From: an uncultured Gammaproteobacteria bacterium
Lineage (GTDB): Bacteria > Pseudomonadota > Gammaproteobacteria > UBA9214
Length of the DNA: 64,000 nucleotides
Direction of reading: 5' to 3'
Assembly (NCBI GenBank): GCA_963773065.1
Contig: CAVYZN010000026.1
Location: 32,001-96,000 of the forward strand
A program made the position numbers and the translations under genes. The notes below the pieces were generated by a model. The model did not search any database. It worked only from the letters and a program-made list of their open reading frames with translations, and was not told where the DNA came from. Shown one piece after another: positions 1 through 10,396 of this stretch. Numbering within the stretch: the first letter of the stretch is position 1; the number at the start of each line of letters is the position of its first letter.

Positions 1-574
1 CCTGGCCGCGGCCGTAACCCAGGGCTGCTCCGGACAGGACTCCATGCGCGAGGCCATACTGAACGGCGTGGAACAGGCGGATGAGAAGATCTCCGCGATG
101 GGGCTGGGCGCGGCGACGACGGTCGCGATTGTCGAAATCCGGGGCCGTGAGGTACGCCCCTATCATGTCGGTGATTCCATGACCTTGATCACCGGCCAGC
201 GCGGGCGGATCAAATACGTGACGGTGCCGCATTCGCCGGTGGGTTACGCGGTCGAGGCCGGCCTGCTCGATGCCGAGGAGGCCATGTACCATGAGCAACG
301 TCACCTGGTTTCCAACGTGGTCGGCACACCCCACATGCATGTCGAGATCGGACCGAAGGTTACCCTTGCGGCCCGTGATACCCTGCTGGTCGGCAGTGAC
401 GGCTTATACGACAACCTGCAGGTGGAGGAGATCGCCGGCATCATCCGCAAGGGGCCGTTGTCCTCGGCCGCGCGCACCCTCGCCGCTCAATGCCGCACCC
501 GCATGCAGGACTATCAGCCGGATCGTCCGCACAAGCCGGACGACATGAGCTTTATCCTGTTCCGCCCCGGCTGA
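1..574 (+). CDS. PP2C/PPM-family Ser/Thr protein phosphatase (5' end outside window)
   Basis: Motifs ATT, HVGDS, GSDGLYD and C-terminal DD; the reading frame is open from the window edge. Confidence 0.85.
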   Translation, partial: LAAAVTQGCSGQDSMREAILNGVEQADEKISAMGLGAATTVAIVEIRGREVRPYHVGDSMTLITGQRGRIKYVTVPHSPVGYAVEAGLLDAEEAMYHEQRHLVSNVVGTPHMHVEIGPKVTLAARDTLLVGSDGLYDNLQVEEIAGIIRKGPLSSAARTLAAQCRTRMQDYQPDRPHKPDDMSFILFRPG

Positions 575-579
575 ACGCC

Positions 580-888
580 TCAGACGCAGCCGGTCGGCTT
601 CGGCAGGCCGCCGTACTTGGTGATCGGCTTCATGGGACCGGTCATCCACAGCTTGAACATGTTCTTCTGGTCTTCGCCGACATACTTGGCGAACTTGCGG
701 ATCGGCGGCACCACGGAGTAGGTGTCGAAGTATTCGCGCGCCTTCAGGATGTGCGTCCATTTGACCTCATCCAGGTTCACCGCGTCGGCCTCCGCCATCG
801 CCCGCGCGATCTCCGGGGTCCACACATGCATATCCGTCAGATAACCATCACCATCGCGTTCTGGAATATTCATTTCCAACCTCTTCAT
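580..888 (-). CDS. tusE: TusE/DsrC-family sulfur relay protein
   Basis: RDGDGYL...W, and C-terminal GLPKPTGCV carrying only the penultimate Cys (no second Cys 11 residues upstream). Confidence 0.85.
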   Translation of the reverse strand: MKRLEMNIPERDGDGYLTDMHVWTPEIARAMAEADAVNLDEVKWTHILKAREYFDTYSVVPPIRKFAKYVGEDQKNMFKLWMTGPMKPITKYGGLPKPTGCV

Positions 889-1055
889 TGTCTAAACGAT
901 TCACATAACGGAGCAAGCGAGGAGCCAGCCCAGCCGCACCGTGTCTTCAGGGGTATTAGACAATACCTGAGTAAATTAATCAAGATTATTTCCGTGCGAT
1001 AAAAGAGGTTCTTCGAATACAGTTTCCTTGTTTGACAGGCAGTTGCCGCTTTTTT

Positions 1056-1475
1056 CTAATAAAATTCGAAGCCGTCGCGCAAACCCTGCCGAACCATCTC
1101 GATCACCGCCGCTAACCCTTCCGGAGTGTAGGGCCGCGCCGGCACCCGTCCCCAGACCGGCGCCGGCCAGGCGGCGTCATCGCGATAGCGCACCACATGA
1201 TGGATATGCAGTTGCGGCACCACGTTGCCGAGCGCCGCGATGTTGAGTTTGTCTGCCCGAAACCGCTCGGCCAGGACAGCCGCCAACTGGGAGGATTCCC
1301 GCAGCAACTGCACCTGGTCGGCCTCACTCAGTTGGTAGATTTCGGATATGCCTTCCCGGTCAGGCACCAGGATGAACCAGGGATAATTCGCATCGCGCAT
1401 CAGCAACAGCCGGCACAGGGTAAAACGCCCGATGAGCAGGCAATCCTGCTGAAGCTGAGGGTGCAGGTCCGCCAT
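1056..1475 (-). CDS. HIT domain protein
   Basis: LGNVVPQLHIHHV HIT motif and DAAWPAPVWG; start placed at MADLHPQL. Confidence 0.9.
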   Translation of the reverse strand: MADLHPQLQQDCLLIGRFTLCRLLLMRDANYPWFILVPDREGISEIYQLSEADQVQLLRESSQLAAVLAERFRADKLNIAALGNVVPQLHIHHVVRYRDDAAWPAPVWGRVPARPYTPEGLAAVIEMVRQGLRDGFEFY

Positions 1476-1569
1476 GTCTAATGCCTGCGTGACAGTTGTG
1501 ACGAAACCACCGTACGGGCTGCCATCCCCCGTCATGGCTTCTTCAGTGGCGGCGGGAATGGATCACCGT

Positions 1570-2139
1570 TCACCACGGGGAGCACGGAGGGCGTTGATAC
1601 GGTTGTTGTGTCATGACGGCCTCACTCGCAGGCACCAGCGCCACCCCGCACTGGCGACAGTAGTAGGCCGTCTCGCCGCGATGGACCCTGTTATGCCGCA
1701 GCGTGGTCAACCGGTGGGTGGCGCAGCCACAGGCATACGTGAATCGCCGCTGGCGCCGCACCGGCACGCCCTTTAGATCGTAATCCCCGCTGGAGCGGGG
1801 TTCGGCGCCGAGCGAACGCATGACGGCCTGCCACTCCACGCCATGCGGGCGCACGCCGCGCCAGCCGTAGAGCATGTCCGTGACGTAATGCGCCACCTCA
1901 TGCGGGACGGTCACGGCCAGGTTGTCGTCGAAAAACTTGGCGAAGATATAGGGGTTGTAGCGTATGCCGCGCCAGCCCTGGCGAACGCGATACATGCCGG
2001 CGGAGCGGCCGTGCAGGTCGAAGCTCACGGGGATGGGCGCGAAGTCGCGGCGGCAAATCTCCATGGCGCGGCGCAGGCAGGCATCGGTGGCCTGGCGCAC
2101 CGTCTGCTGCCGCGCGGCATCGATCGGCTCGATCGGCAT
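1570..2139 (-). CDS. sprT: SprT-like zinc metalloprotease
   Basis: HEVAH, PHGVEW, YACGC and YYCRQC motifs. Confidence 0.85.
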   Translation of the reverse strand: MPIEPIDAARQQTVRQATDACLRRAMEICRRDFAPIPVSFDLHGRSAGMYRVRQGWRGIRYNPYIFAKFFDDNLAVTVPHEVAHYVTDMLYGWRGVRPHGVEWQAVMRSLGAEPRSSGDYDLKGVPVRRQRRFTYACGCATHRLTTLRHNRVHRGETAYYCRQCGVALVPASEAVMTQQPYQRPPCSPW

Positions 2140-2152
2140 CGTTTCCGCGCGG

Positions 2153-2944
2153 CTAATTACTGAAGACATTGCGCAGAAACTGCTCAAGAGCCTTCCAGGA
2201 GGCAGAATCCGCCGCGGTATTGTAAGCCAGCGGCAGATTGAATTGTTTTCCCAGATTATCCGCGCCGGGGTTGGTGAAGCTGTGTCTTGCGCCCGGGTAG
2301 TTGATGAAGATGTAATCGGCGCCGGCGGCATCCATCATCGTCTTGAAGGCGGCGATCTGCTCCGCCGTCACGAACGGGTCATCGGCGCCGTTGGCGACCA
2401 GGATCTTCGCCTTCACCGCGCCCGCCTGAGGGGTGGAGAGTCCGCCCAGACTGCCGTGAAAACTCGCCACGGCATCCAGGTCGACGCCCTCAATCGCCAT
2501 CTCCAGCACCACGCTGCCGCCGAAGCAGTAACCGATGGCGGCGATCTTCTCCGGGTTGACGGTCGGCTGGCCTTTCAGGAACTCGCGCGCGGCGAGGAAC
2601 CGTGCCTTCATCAGCGGCAGGTTCTGGCGCACCGCGCCAGCGAACTTGCCGGCCTCGTCGGGATGCTCGGCGGTTTTGCCCTCGCCGTACATGTCCACCG
2701 CCAGCGCGGCGTAGCCCAGTTTGGCCAGCAGCTCGGCGCGCTGGCGGGCATAGGCGTTCTGACCCCACCACTCGTGCACCACCAGGATGCCGGGGCGCAT
2801 GCCCTGGATGGCGTCGTCATAGGTCAGATAGCCCTTGAGGGTGATATCGCCGGCCTGATAACTCACCTCCCTGCCGACCACGCCGGCCTGGGTCGCCAGG
2901 CTGACTAGCAACAACAGCAATAAACTCGGGATTGTTCGCGACAT
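2153..2944 (-). CDS. Dienelactone hydrolase family protein, exported
   Basis: Signal peptide, VHEWWG, GYCFGG nucleophile elbow, HSFTNP. Confidence 0.9.
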   Translation of the reverse strand: MSRTIPSLLLLLLVSLATQAGVVGREVSYQAGDITLKGYLTYDDAIQGMRPGILVVHEWWGQNAYARQRAELLAKLGYAALAVDMYGEGKTAEHPDEAGKFAGAVRQNLPLMKARFLAAREFLKGQPTVNPEKIAAIGYCFGGSVVLEMAIEGVDLDAVASFHGSLGGLSTPQAGAVKAKILVANGADDPFVTAEQIAAFKTMMDAAGADYIFINYPGARHSFTNPGADNLGKQFNLPLAYNTAADSASWKALEQFLRNVFSN

Positions 2945-3054
2945 AACTCCCTCCTGGATCGATGATTGACCGCAGCCGGATAGCCGGACGATGGCGGCTT
3001 GTGTATTCGAGGCGGGTCTTCGCCTGATTATAGCCTGCGCTCAGACCGGGACGT

Positions 3055-4119
3055 TCACACGCGGGCGGCATTATCCACCACGGCCAGCACCTTCGCGCCC
3101 CGCACCTCACCGCGCTTCAGTTCCGTCAGCGCCCGGTTGGCCTCCGCGAAGGCGAACACCTGGTGCTCCGGTACGAGCGCGCTCCTGGCCGCCAGCCGCA
3201 AAAACTCCGTGATATCACGGCGCGTCACATTGGCGACGCTCTTGATTTCCTTTTCCATCCACAGGTGTTGCGGATAATCGAGCTGCAACAGGCAGTCCTG
3301 ATCGGCGCTTTCCTTGCGGATGGCATTGATCACCAGGCGCCCGCCCGGCAGCAGATTGGCCAGCGCCTCGACGGCGGGCTTCCACGCCGGCGTGGTATCG
3401 ATGATGGCCTGCAGTCCGTGCGGCGGACGTTGCGTGGTGTCACCCGCCCAGCTCGCGCCCAGCTCCAGGGCAAACCGCCGTTCCCGTTCGCCGCGCGCGA
3501 ACACGTACACCGGCGTATCGGGGTAAAGATGGCGCGCCATCTTCAGCACCAGATGCGCCGCGGCCCCGAAACCGGTCAGGCCGAGGGCCTGGCCGTTGAC
3601 CAGCCCCGTCAGGCGCAGACTGCGGTAACCGATCGCACCGGCACAGAGCAGCGGCGCCGCCTGCGCATCCGACAACGCCGCCGGAACCGGATAGGCATAG
3701 CGTTCGGGCACGACCATGTATTCGGCGTAACCGCCGTTGACATCGCGCCCGGTGGCCAGGAAATCCGGGCACAGGTTCTCCTCGCCCCGCCGGCACCACT
3801 CGCACTCACCGCAAGCGGAATAGATCCAGCCCACGCCGACCCGGTCGCCCAGCGCATGCCGCCTGGCGCCCTTGCCCTTCTCGGCCACCACCCCGACCAC
3901 CTGGTGTCCGGGCACCATCGGATAGGACGGCGGCGGCGCGCGGCCCTCGATTTCATCCAGTTCGGTGTGGCACACGCCACAGACGCTGACACGGATCCGG
4001 ATCTCTCCCGTGGAGGGTTCGGGGATGGGCAAGGCGATGCATTCGAGCGGCTGCGAATCCCGGGATATGTCCGTCACGCGGGTCATGACCCAGGCCTTCA
4101 TGGTGGCAGTATCAGGCAT
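3055..4119 (-). CDS. Zinc-dependent alcohol dehydrogenase family protein
   Basis: CGVCHT, PGHQVVG, structural Zn site CGECEWC...C. Confidence 0.9.
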   Translation of the reverse strand: MPDTATMKAWVMTRVTDISRDSQPLECIALPIPEPSTGEIRIRVSVCGVCHTELDEIEGRAPPPSYPMVPGHQVVGVVAEKGKGARRHALGDRVGVGWIYSACGECEWCRRGEENLCPDFLATGRDVNGGYAEYMVVPERYAYPVPAALSDAQAAPLLCAGAIGYRSLRLTGLVNGQALGLTGFGAAAHLVLKMARHLYPDTPVYVFARGERERRFALELGASWAGDTTQRPPHGLQAIIDTTPAWKPAVEALANLLPGGRLVINAIRKESADQDCLLQLDYPQHLWMEKEIKSVANVTRRDITEFLRLAARSALVPEHQVFAFAEANRALTELKRGEVRGAKVLAVVDNAARV

Positions 4120-4306
4120 CAGGCGGCGCTTCGCATCGCGCCGGCCGCGGCATATCCGGCCTGCAGGGCCAGGATGGCATGCAGCAGTTTCATCGCGAGC
4201 ATCTCCCGTCGGTTGGTGTGCGTGTCATTTGCGGTACGCCGTTGTCATGGTACCCAAGCAGGTGACGGCCGGTGCACGGATTCCCCGGGCGGCCTGTCCC
4301 GATTGG

Positions 4307-4972
4307 CTAATGCAGCGTCATGTCGTCCTGGTCGGTGGACGCCACATCCCGCAGGGGAACGAAAGCGACCCCGAGTATCCCGCGGGAGTGAATTTTATTG
4401 CCGGCGTCCTTTTCAACCAGCATGAGTTCCTGGGGCAGGTACTGCCAGCCGACCGGTATGACCAGCCGGCCGCCGGGTTTGAACTGGTCGATGAGCGCCT
4501 GGGGTATCTCGGGTGCGGCGGCGGTGACGATGATGGCGTCATAGGGGGCGTGTTCCGGCCAACCCTCGTAACCATTGCCGATACGATAGTCGATGTTGGT
4601 ATAGTTCAGCCGGGCCAGCCGTTCGGCCGCGGCTACGCCCAGGTCTTTCACGACCTCAACCGTGTACACCGCTTTGGCCAGGCATGACAGGATGGCGGTC
4701 TGATAGCCGGAACCGGTGCCGATCTCCAACACCCGGTCGTCCTCCTTGAGTTGCAGCAGGTCGGTCATCAGGGCGACGATGTAGGGCTGCGATATGGTCT
4801 GGCCATGGCCGATAGGCAATGGCCCGTTGTCATAGGCGGAGGCGCGCATCGCCGCCGGTATAAACTTCTCGCGCGACACTTGACGCATGACCGCCATCAC
4901 CCGCGGGGCCAGCGCCTTCATGCCGGTCAGGGTGCGCGTGTATTCGACCTCGGCCTCGATGTCGGCGATCAT
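4307..4972 (-). CDS. pcm: Protein-L-isoaspartate O-methyltransferase
   Basis: GQTISQPY, VLEIGTGSGY, APYDAIIVTAA. The true start may be 4994, since removing one C from a homopolymer gives MKSVLETMI. Confidence 0.92.
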   Translation of the reverse strand: MIADIEAEVEYTRTLTGMKALAPRVMAVMRQVSREKFIPAAMRASAYDNGPLPIGHGQTISQPYIVALMTDLLQLKEDDRVLEIGTGSGYQTAILSCLAKAVYTVEVVKDLGVAAAERLARLNYTNIDYRIGNGYEGWPEHAPYDAIIVTAAAPEIPQALIDQFKPGGRLVIPVGWQYLPQELMLVEKDAGNKIHSRGILGVAFVPLRDVASTDQDDMTLH

Positions 4973-4998
4973 GGTCTCGAGGGACGGATTTCATCGCC

Positions 4999-5664
4999 TC
5001 ACCTCGCCGCCAGCGCTTCGATCCGCTCGCGCAGTTGCCCGATTTCCCGGACCAGCTCATCGACCTGCCGTTCCAGCCGGCTGAGCCGCTCCTCGTCGGC
5101 GAGAGCGCCGGCGGCCGGCGTTGCGTGTTCCGCGAAGGATTCCGGGAGCGGCGGTTCCTCGCTGAAAAGCTGCGCATAGCGCGACTCCCGTTTTCCCGGC
5201 TCGCGCGGCAGCCTGGCGACGAATGGCCCGTCATCACGGCGCATCAACTGATCGAGGGTAGCCTCGACCTCGCGCACGTCGTCGAAGTGGCACAGGCGGT
5301 TGGTGCGGCTGCGCAATTCGCCCGGCGTCTGCGCGCCGCGCAGCAGCATGACGCAGAGAACGCCGAGTTCCTGGGACGATAATGTCAGGGAGCCGAATTC
5401 GCTGTTACAGAAGCGGTGCCGGTATTTGGTGACGCGGCTGCCGAACGCGGTTTTCTCGCTGACCAGGTGCTTCTTGACGAGACCGTCGACGATGTCCTGC
5501 ACGAGCGCCTCGTCCAGTTCCATGACCGGTTCGCGGTTGCTCTTCTGGTTGCACGCGTTGACCAGCGCATTGAGCGACAGCGGATACTGATCCGGCGTGG
5601 TGATTTCCTTTTCGATCAGCGCCCCGATGACGCGCGCTTCGTATGCAGTGAGTTCGATATCCAC
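4999..5664 (-). CDS. yceH: YceH/DUF480 family protein
   Basis: [45 protein letters not shown]. Confidence 0.9.
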   Translation of the reverse strand: MDIELTAYEARVIGALIEKEITTPDQYPLSLNALVNACNQKSNREPVMELDEALVQDIVDGLVKKHLVSEKTAFGSRVTKYRHRFCNSEFGSLTLSSQELGVLCVMLLRGAQTPGELRSRTNRLCHFDDVREVEATLDQLMRRDDGPFVARLPREPGKRESRYAQLFSEEPPLPESFAEHATPAAGALADEERLSRLERQVDELVREIGQLRERIEALAAR

Positions 5665-5736
5665 AATGATGTTCCCTTCCAGACGTCGTTCAGAGCCGGG
5701 CAACGCTATTCTAGTGCTCCTCTATAAAGAAATACA

Positions 5737-5910
5737 TTCACCGCAAAGACGCAAAGTATCTTAATCGTTTTTTCAATTGTTTTTGATAATAAATCCTTCG
5801 AATTTGGCAATTGCTCCCTGCATCGCCTAAAGCGCCTATTATTGCATCGCTATGGCATCCTCTCGCGCATTTGCATTCCCGTGCATCGTCCATCGCGTCT
5901 TTGCGGTGAA
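5737..5910. repeat. Miniature inverted-repeat element (TTCACCGCAAAGACGC family)
   Basis: Perfect 16-bp inverted repeats at 5737-5752 and 5895-5910 around an AT-rich core; related copy at 38197-38283. Confidence 0.75.
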
Positions 5911-5955
5911 CGAGATGTGGGGGGCGAGCACCGGGCGAATACCCTATCCGACAGG

Positions 5956-6342
5956 CTACAGACGGCTCTGCAGTTCGAGCAGGGCGCTGAGCGCGGTGGT
6001 GGCGAAGAACACCCCCACCGTGGTCTTCCAGAGCAGCCTCGGGTCCACGTCCCGTCCGGCAATCTTGTCCGCCATCAGCTTCACATAGGAATCGCCCGGG
6101 TCCGGCTGGCGCAGGCATTGCTTCACCCGCCAGTGCAGGTCGGTGAGGAAGCAGTACGTCCAGCCCTTCTTGATCCCCAGGCCGAACCAGGAAAACAGGA
6201 TGAGCCCCTGCAGGCACAGATGCGCAAGGCGCGCCGGCGGATAGAGCCAGCCGAAGGCGCTGAACAATATGACGACGATATGCGCGAGATGAAACAGGGT
6301 GTCGAGCAGTTTCAGGACCGCGATGCGAAGGGATGCGCCCAC
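5956..6342 (-). CDS. DUF2784-like small membrane protein
   Basis: Hydrophobic protein with FHLAH...GW and GWTYCFLTDLHW; GTG start just downstream of the aminotransferase. Confidence 0.65.
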   Translation of the reverse strand: MGASLRIAVLKLLDTLFHLAHIVVILFSAFGWLYPPARLAHLCLQGLILFSWFGLGIKKGWTYCFLTDLHWRVKQCLRQPDPGDSYVKLMADKIAGRDVDPRLLWKTTVGVFFATTALSALLELQSRL

Positions 6343-6358
6343 GTGTTGGTCGCCACCC

Positions 6359-7621
6359 TCAGGCGGATGCCGCATGGATGGCGTCGGCATGCTCCAGCAC
6401 CCGGCGAAAGGCATTGAGGTACTGGTCGAGAATCTCCCGGCCGGCGTTCGGGAATGCCGGCAGGCGCAGCAGGGTGCGGCTGTAGTCGCGGGTCTTGTGC
6501 AACGAGCCTTCCTCATAGACGAGATCCGGCAGGCGGGTCTGCGCCCGCAGTATCCGTTTCCAGTGTCCCTCGGTGAAGAACGGCTGTTCGTGCACCAGCG
6601 GGTAACGGGGCGCCATGACCAGACAGCCCTCGGCCTGCAGGGCCGTGACCAGCGTTTCGACCGGCAGCCGGCCCTTTCCCTCGTCGTAATGGATGATGTA
6701 TTCGAAATAGGTCCGCTCGATATGCGACGGCGCGCGGTAGGTATTGAAGCAGCCCAGCGCCTCCAGACCGTCGGACAGGTATTCCAGGTTGCGGTTGCGC
6801 ATCCGGTTATGTTGCGCGAGGTTCCTGAACTGCACCCGCCCCACCGCCGCGCTGAGCGGCGCCATGCGCGTCTTGATGCCGAAACTGGTGGCCGCAAAAC
6901 GCTGTTGCGGCGACTCCAGTTCCATGATGCGCGCGATATCGCCGAGGCAGACCGCCCGTTCGTGGTAATTTTCGTCGTCGGTGAGGAAGATGCCCCCTTC
7001 CCCGGCCGGGGCGAGCTTGTCGTTCTGCAGGCTGAACACCGAGATGTCCCCCAGGGAACCGCAGGGGCGTCCGCGCCAGCTCGCCCCGTGGGTATGGGAG
7101 GCGTCCTCGATGATCTTCAGATCGTGGCGCTGCGCCAGCGCGAAGATCTCCGTCATTTTGGACGGCATGCCCCACAGGTGTACGACGACCACGGCGCGCG
7201 TGCGCTCCGTGATCTTGCGTTCCATGTCCGCCGGGTCGATACCGAGGCGTTCCTCCTCGCTCTCGCAGAAGACGGGAACCAGGCCGACCCAGAGCATGGG
7301 CAATACCGAGGCCCACCAGGTCGCGCTGGGAACCAGCACCTCGTCGCCCGGTTCCAGATCCAACGCGAAGAAAGCGGCCAGCAGCCCGGCGGTGCCGTTG
7401 TTGTGCGCCAGGGCAAAGCGCCGGCCGGTGAGCGAACGGTAATCGGCCTCCAGTTCGCGCACCACGGAATGGAAACTCAGGTTGCCGTCGCGGATGACTT
7501 GCAGCACCGCTTGTTCGTCTTCCTCGCCAAGCAACGGCCAATGATTCGCCGCGGCGTGGTCTGCCTGGACCAGGGGCGCGGCGCCGAGGATGGCCGGCAG
7601 ATTCTTACTGGTTTTCGACAT
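6359..7621 (-). CDS. DegT/DnrJ/EryC1/StrS PLP aminotransferase
   Basis: NNGTAGL, GDEVLVPS, VVHLWG, IEDASHTHG, FSLQNDK...GEGG. Confidence 0.92.
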   Translation of the reverse strand: MSKTSKNLPAILGAAPLVQADHAAANHWPLLGEEDEQAVLQVIRDGNLSFHSVVRELEADYRSLTGRRFALAHNNGTAGLLAAFFALDLEPGDEVLVPSATWWASVLPMLWVGLVPVFCESEEERLGIDPADMERKITERTRAVVVVHLWGMPSKMTEIFALAQRHDLKIIEDASHTHGASWRGRPCGSLGDISVFSLQNDKLAPAGEGGIFLTDDENYHERAVCLGDIARIMELESPQQRFAATSFGIKTRMAPLSAAVGRVQFRNLAQHNRMRNRNLEYLSDGLEALGCFNTYRAPSHIERTYFEYIIHYDEGKGRLPVETLVTALQAEGCLVMAPRYPLVHEQPFFTEGHWKRILRAQTRLPDLVYEEGSLHKTRDYSRTLLRLPAFPNAGREILDQYLNAFRRVLEHADAIHAASA

Positions 7622-7681
7622 GGGTCTCTCCTGGTTCACGACGATGGCGCCTGACGAGCGCACCCAAGCGCGGGCTAGGGG

Positions 7682-9185
7682 CTAGACGGCATCCGCCAGC
7701 AGCTTATCAAACCGGGCGATCACGGTCTCGTCATATCGCGCCACCGCCTCCTGCGCCGCGGCCATATCGCCGCCGTGTAATTCCCGGGCCACGGCGAGGA
7801 CGGCGGCCTGCTTGTCGCCGTTATGGCCAAGCCCTTCGCGCGGCAGCCACTGCGCGATGTTCGTCCGCCGGCGCAGATAGTCTTCCAGGGTGCAACAGAA
7901 CTCACGTTCCCGGCACCAGCGCGGCGAGGTTAGCGCTTGTTCGATGCCGGGAAAGGAGTAAGAGGCGACGGCGACCGATGGTTCCATGTCAACCGCGGGC
8001 CGGGGAAGCGATGGCCGGATGCGGCGGCGGATCATCCGGCCGATCTTGCCGGCCAGCTCGCGGGATCCGGTCAGTTTGCCGCCATAGGCCGTGATCCAGG
8101 GCAGGTCCCTTTCCGGGTGGGCGATACTGCGCCGCGACAACTCCAGCGGATAGCGCGTTGGCGACATAATCGCGATCGACGGCCAGGGCGCGAATGCCAC
8201 AGCGCAGTGAAACCACATCTTCCGGGCCGACTTTGCGGCGCAAATGCCGGTTGGCCGTTTCCAGCAGAAAGCGGATGTCCGCGGGCCGCGGCGTCTGGCC
8301 TTCCCCGATCTCCTTGATGGCGGTCTCGGTCGGTCCCCACAGCGCCACCGGACCCCAGGGAACATAGGTCATCACGTCGTCATGGGCGCCCATGTCGAAG
8401 ATCAGCGGCGAGCGATGTTCCTCGGCCCGCGCCAGACCCAGATACACCCCCTTGCTCAGCGCATGACGGTACGGCGTTTCGATGCCCTGCCGCCGGTTGA
8501 GCGCATCCGCCCAGACGCCGGCGCAATTGACGATCAGCCGCGTGCGCGCCTCGATTGTGCCGCCCAGCAACCGATCGCGCAGCGTCAGGCGCCACACCCC
8601 TTCGGAGCGGACATAATCGCAGCCGACGACCTCGCAGTAGTTGATGGCGGCCTGACCGGGCGGCTGGAAGGGTGTAATCCAGTGCAACACGAAGCGGGCA
8701 TCGGATGACGTGAGCAGGGCCTCTTCGTAGCAGAAGGCCCCCCGGTGGCCGTGCTGGCTGACCAGCGACGCCTCGTCGAAGTCCCGCCGGTACCACGGCA
8801 GTTGACGGCGTCCGGCGCCAAGCAGCCAGTAAAATCCGAGTCCCGCCCCGATGAACGCCGACGGCAGGCCGCCCTTCAGCGACGGGATATAGTGAAACGC
8901 GGCTGGCGCCGTCCACGCGCCCAGTTCCTCCAGCATCCGGTCACGCGAGCGCGACAGCCTGAAGACGGTCAGCAGATCACCGTCGCGCAGATACAGCAGC
9001 CCGCCCCACACCATCATGCCGGAGGACTGGCTCGTGCCCGAGGCGAAATCGCCCTTGTCGACCAGCAGGGTGCGCCAGCCATTGCGGCACAATTCATGGT
9101 ACAGGGAGGCGCCCGTGATGCCGCCGCCAAGGATCAATACATCGAAGACTTCCTCGCCGGCATATTGCCAGTGAACCGAACGCAT
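7682..9185 (-). CDS. FAD-dependent glycerol-3-phosphate dehydrogenase/oxidase (GlpD-like), one frameshift near 8155
   Basis: GGGITG, DFASGTSQSS, NCAGVWAD, SKGVYL in one frame; YGGKLT and TLEDYLRRRT in the adjacent frame. Confidence 0.8.
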
Positions 9186-9230
9186 TTAGCTTCCTCTGCA
9201 GCGACGCATGGTTTTCACTCCGGCGGGTCG

Positions 9231-10142
9231 TCAGCCCGGCGCTTCCTCACCGCCCAGGGCGCGGAGCAATTGCGCCGTGAATTCGTTCAACTCCAGGGTC
9301 ATGAGGGAAAAATCCAGGTCGAAGCGGGTCGCCGGATCTTCCCCTGGCGCGGCTTCCGCCCCCTCCCTGATGACATTCTCGAACCGCAGGCGCTTGAGGG
9401 AGAGGTCCTCATGCAGCAGGCACGATACCCGTTCTTTCCAGTGTATGGCCAGCCTGACCGCGTATTTACCGTTCTTCAGATGGTTGCGGATTTCCCCGGC
9501 CGCGAGGTCCTGACGCCGGCAACTGATCACGCCGCCGTCGGGGTCGGTGTGCTTCAGTTCGCACTCCTCCCCCAGAGCAAAGCCCGGCGGCAGCCGCTCG
9601 CCCTTGAGCCAGCGGGTCAGGGTATGCGAGACGGCCTGTTTCACCTTCACCGGTGTCGCCTTGAAGCTCCCGAGGGTCGTGCGCAGCAGGCTGATGAGCG
9701 CTTCCGCCCTGGCCGGCGTCGGGCTGTCGACCACCATCAGGTCATTGCGGGTATCGAAATAGGCGTACTGGTCCGCGTGGCGCGTCAGGGCGCGGGGCAG
9801 GAGATCAACGATGATGTCATCCTTCATGCGCTGCCGCTCTTTGCGGTAGACCTCGCGCGACTCGGCCGCCGCCACGGCGGCGACCTTGTCATCGAGCATT
9901 TGCTTCACCACGCCGGCGGGAATGATCTTGTCCGCCTTGCGGGCGCAGATCATGAGGTAGCCGTTGGCGGCATGCACCAGTTGCCGGCCGTCACGGCCCA
10001 GCGGCGACACCCAGCCGGCCGCCGTTCTGTCCAGGCGGGCGCAACCGCGAAACGCCGCGCCCTGCAGGCGCTCATCAAGCGCTTCCGGTGCGAGATCAAG
10101 GCGTTGGCCGAGACGGTAGAGCTGCAGGTTTCTAAACCACAT
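9231..10142 (-). CDS. rdgC: Recombination-associated protein RdgC
   Basis: MWFRNLQLYRL, GWVSPLG, LLPRA, RFDLDFSLM; 303 aa. Confidence 0.93.
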   Translation of the reverse strand: MWFRNLQLYRLGQRLDLAPEALDERLQGAAFRGCARLDRTAAGWVSPLGRDGRQLVHAANGYLMICARKADKIIPAGVVKQMLDDKVAAVAAAESREVYRKERQRMKDDIIVDLLPRALTRHADQYAYFDTRNDLMVVDSPTPARAEALISLLRTTLGSFKATPVKVKQAVSHTLTRWLKGERLPPGFALGEECELKHTDPDGGVISCRRQDLAAGEIRNHLKNGKYAVRLAIHWKERVSCLLHEDLSLKRLRFENVIREGAEAAPGEDPATRFDLDFSLMTLELNEFTAQLLRALGGEEAPG

Positions 10143-10396
10143 GGAGACACTCCAAAAAGCGCCACATTATGCGCAAAGACCGTGCGGCTGGCCACCGCTT
10201 TCCGGTAAGTGGGTGTTCAGGAGGGCCCAACCCGTATACAGCGCGGCCCTGTCATCGGATCAGCGCAGCGATCGGTGATTGCAAATAGATTTCGGAAAAC
10301 AGGTGGTTTATGCTACCGCCCTCCCGGGTGGCGAATAATCCAGACGGTGATCGGTCCGTGGGTGCGATGCACAATCCGCGGCGAAGGGTTCGATGC

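Noticed and set aside
580-888. True dissimilatory DsrC
   Set aside because: Lacks the second conserved Cys and no dsr genes are adjacent; called TusE-like instead
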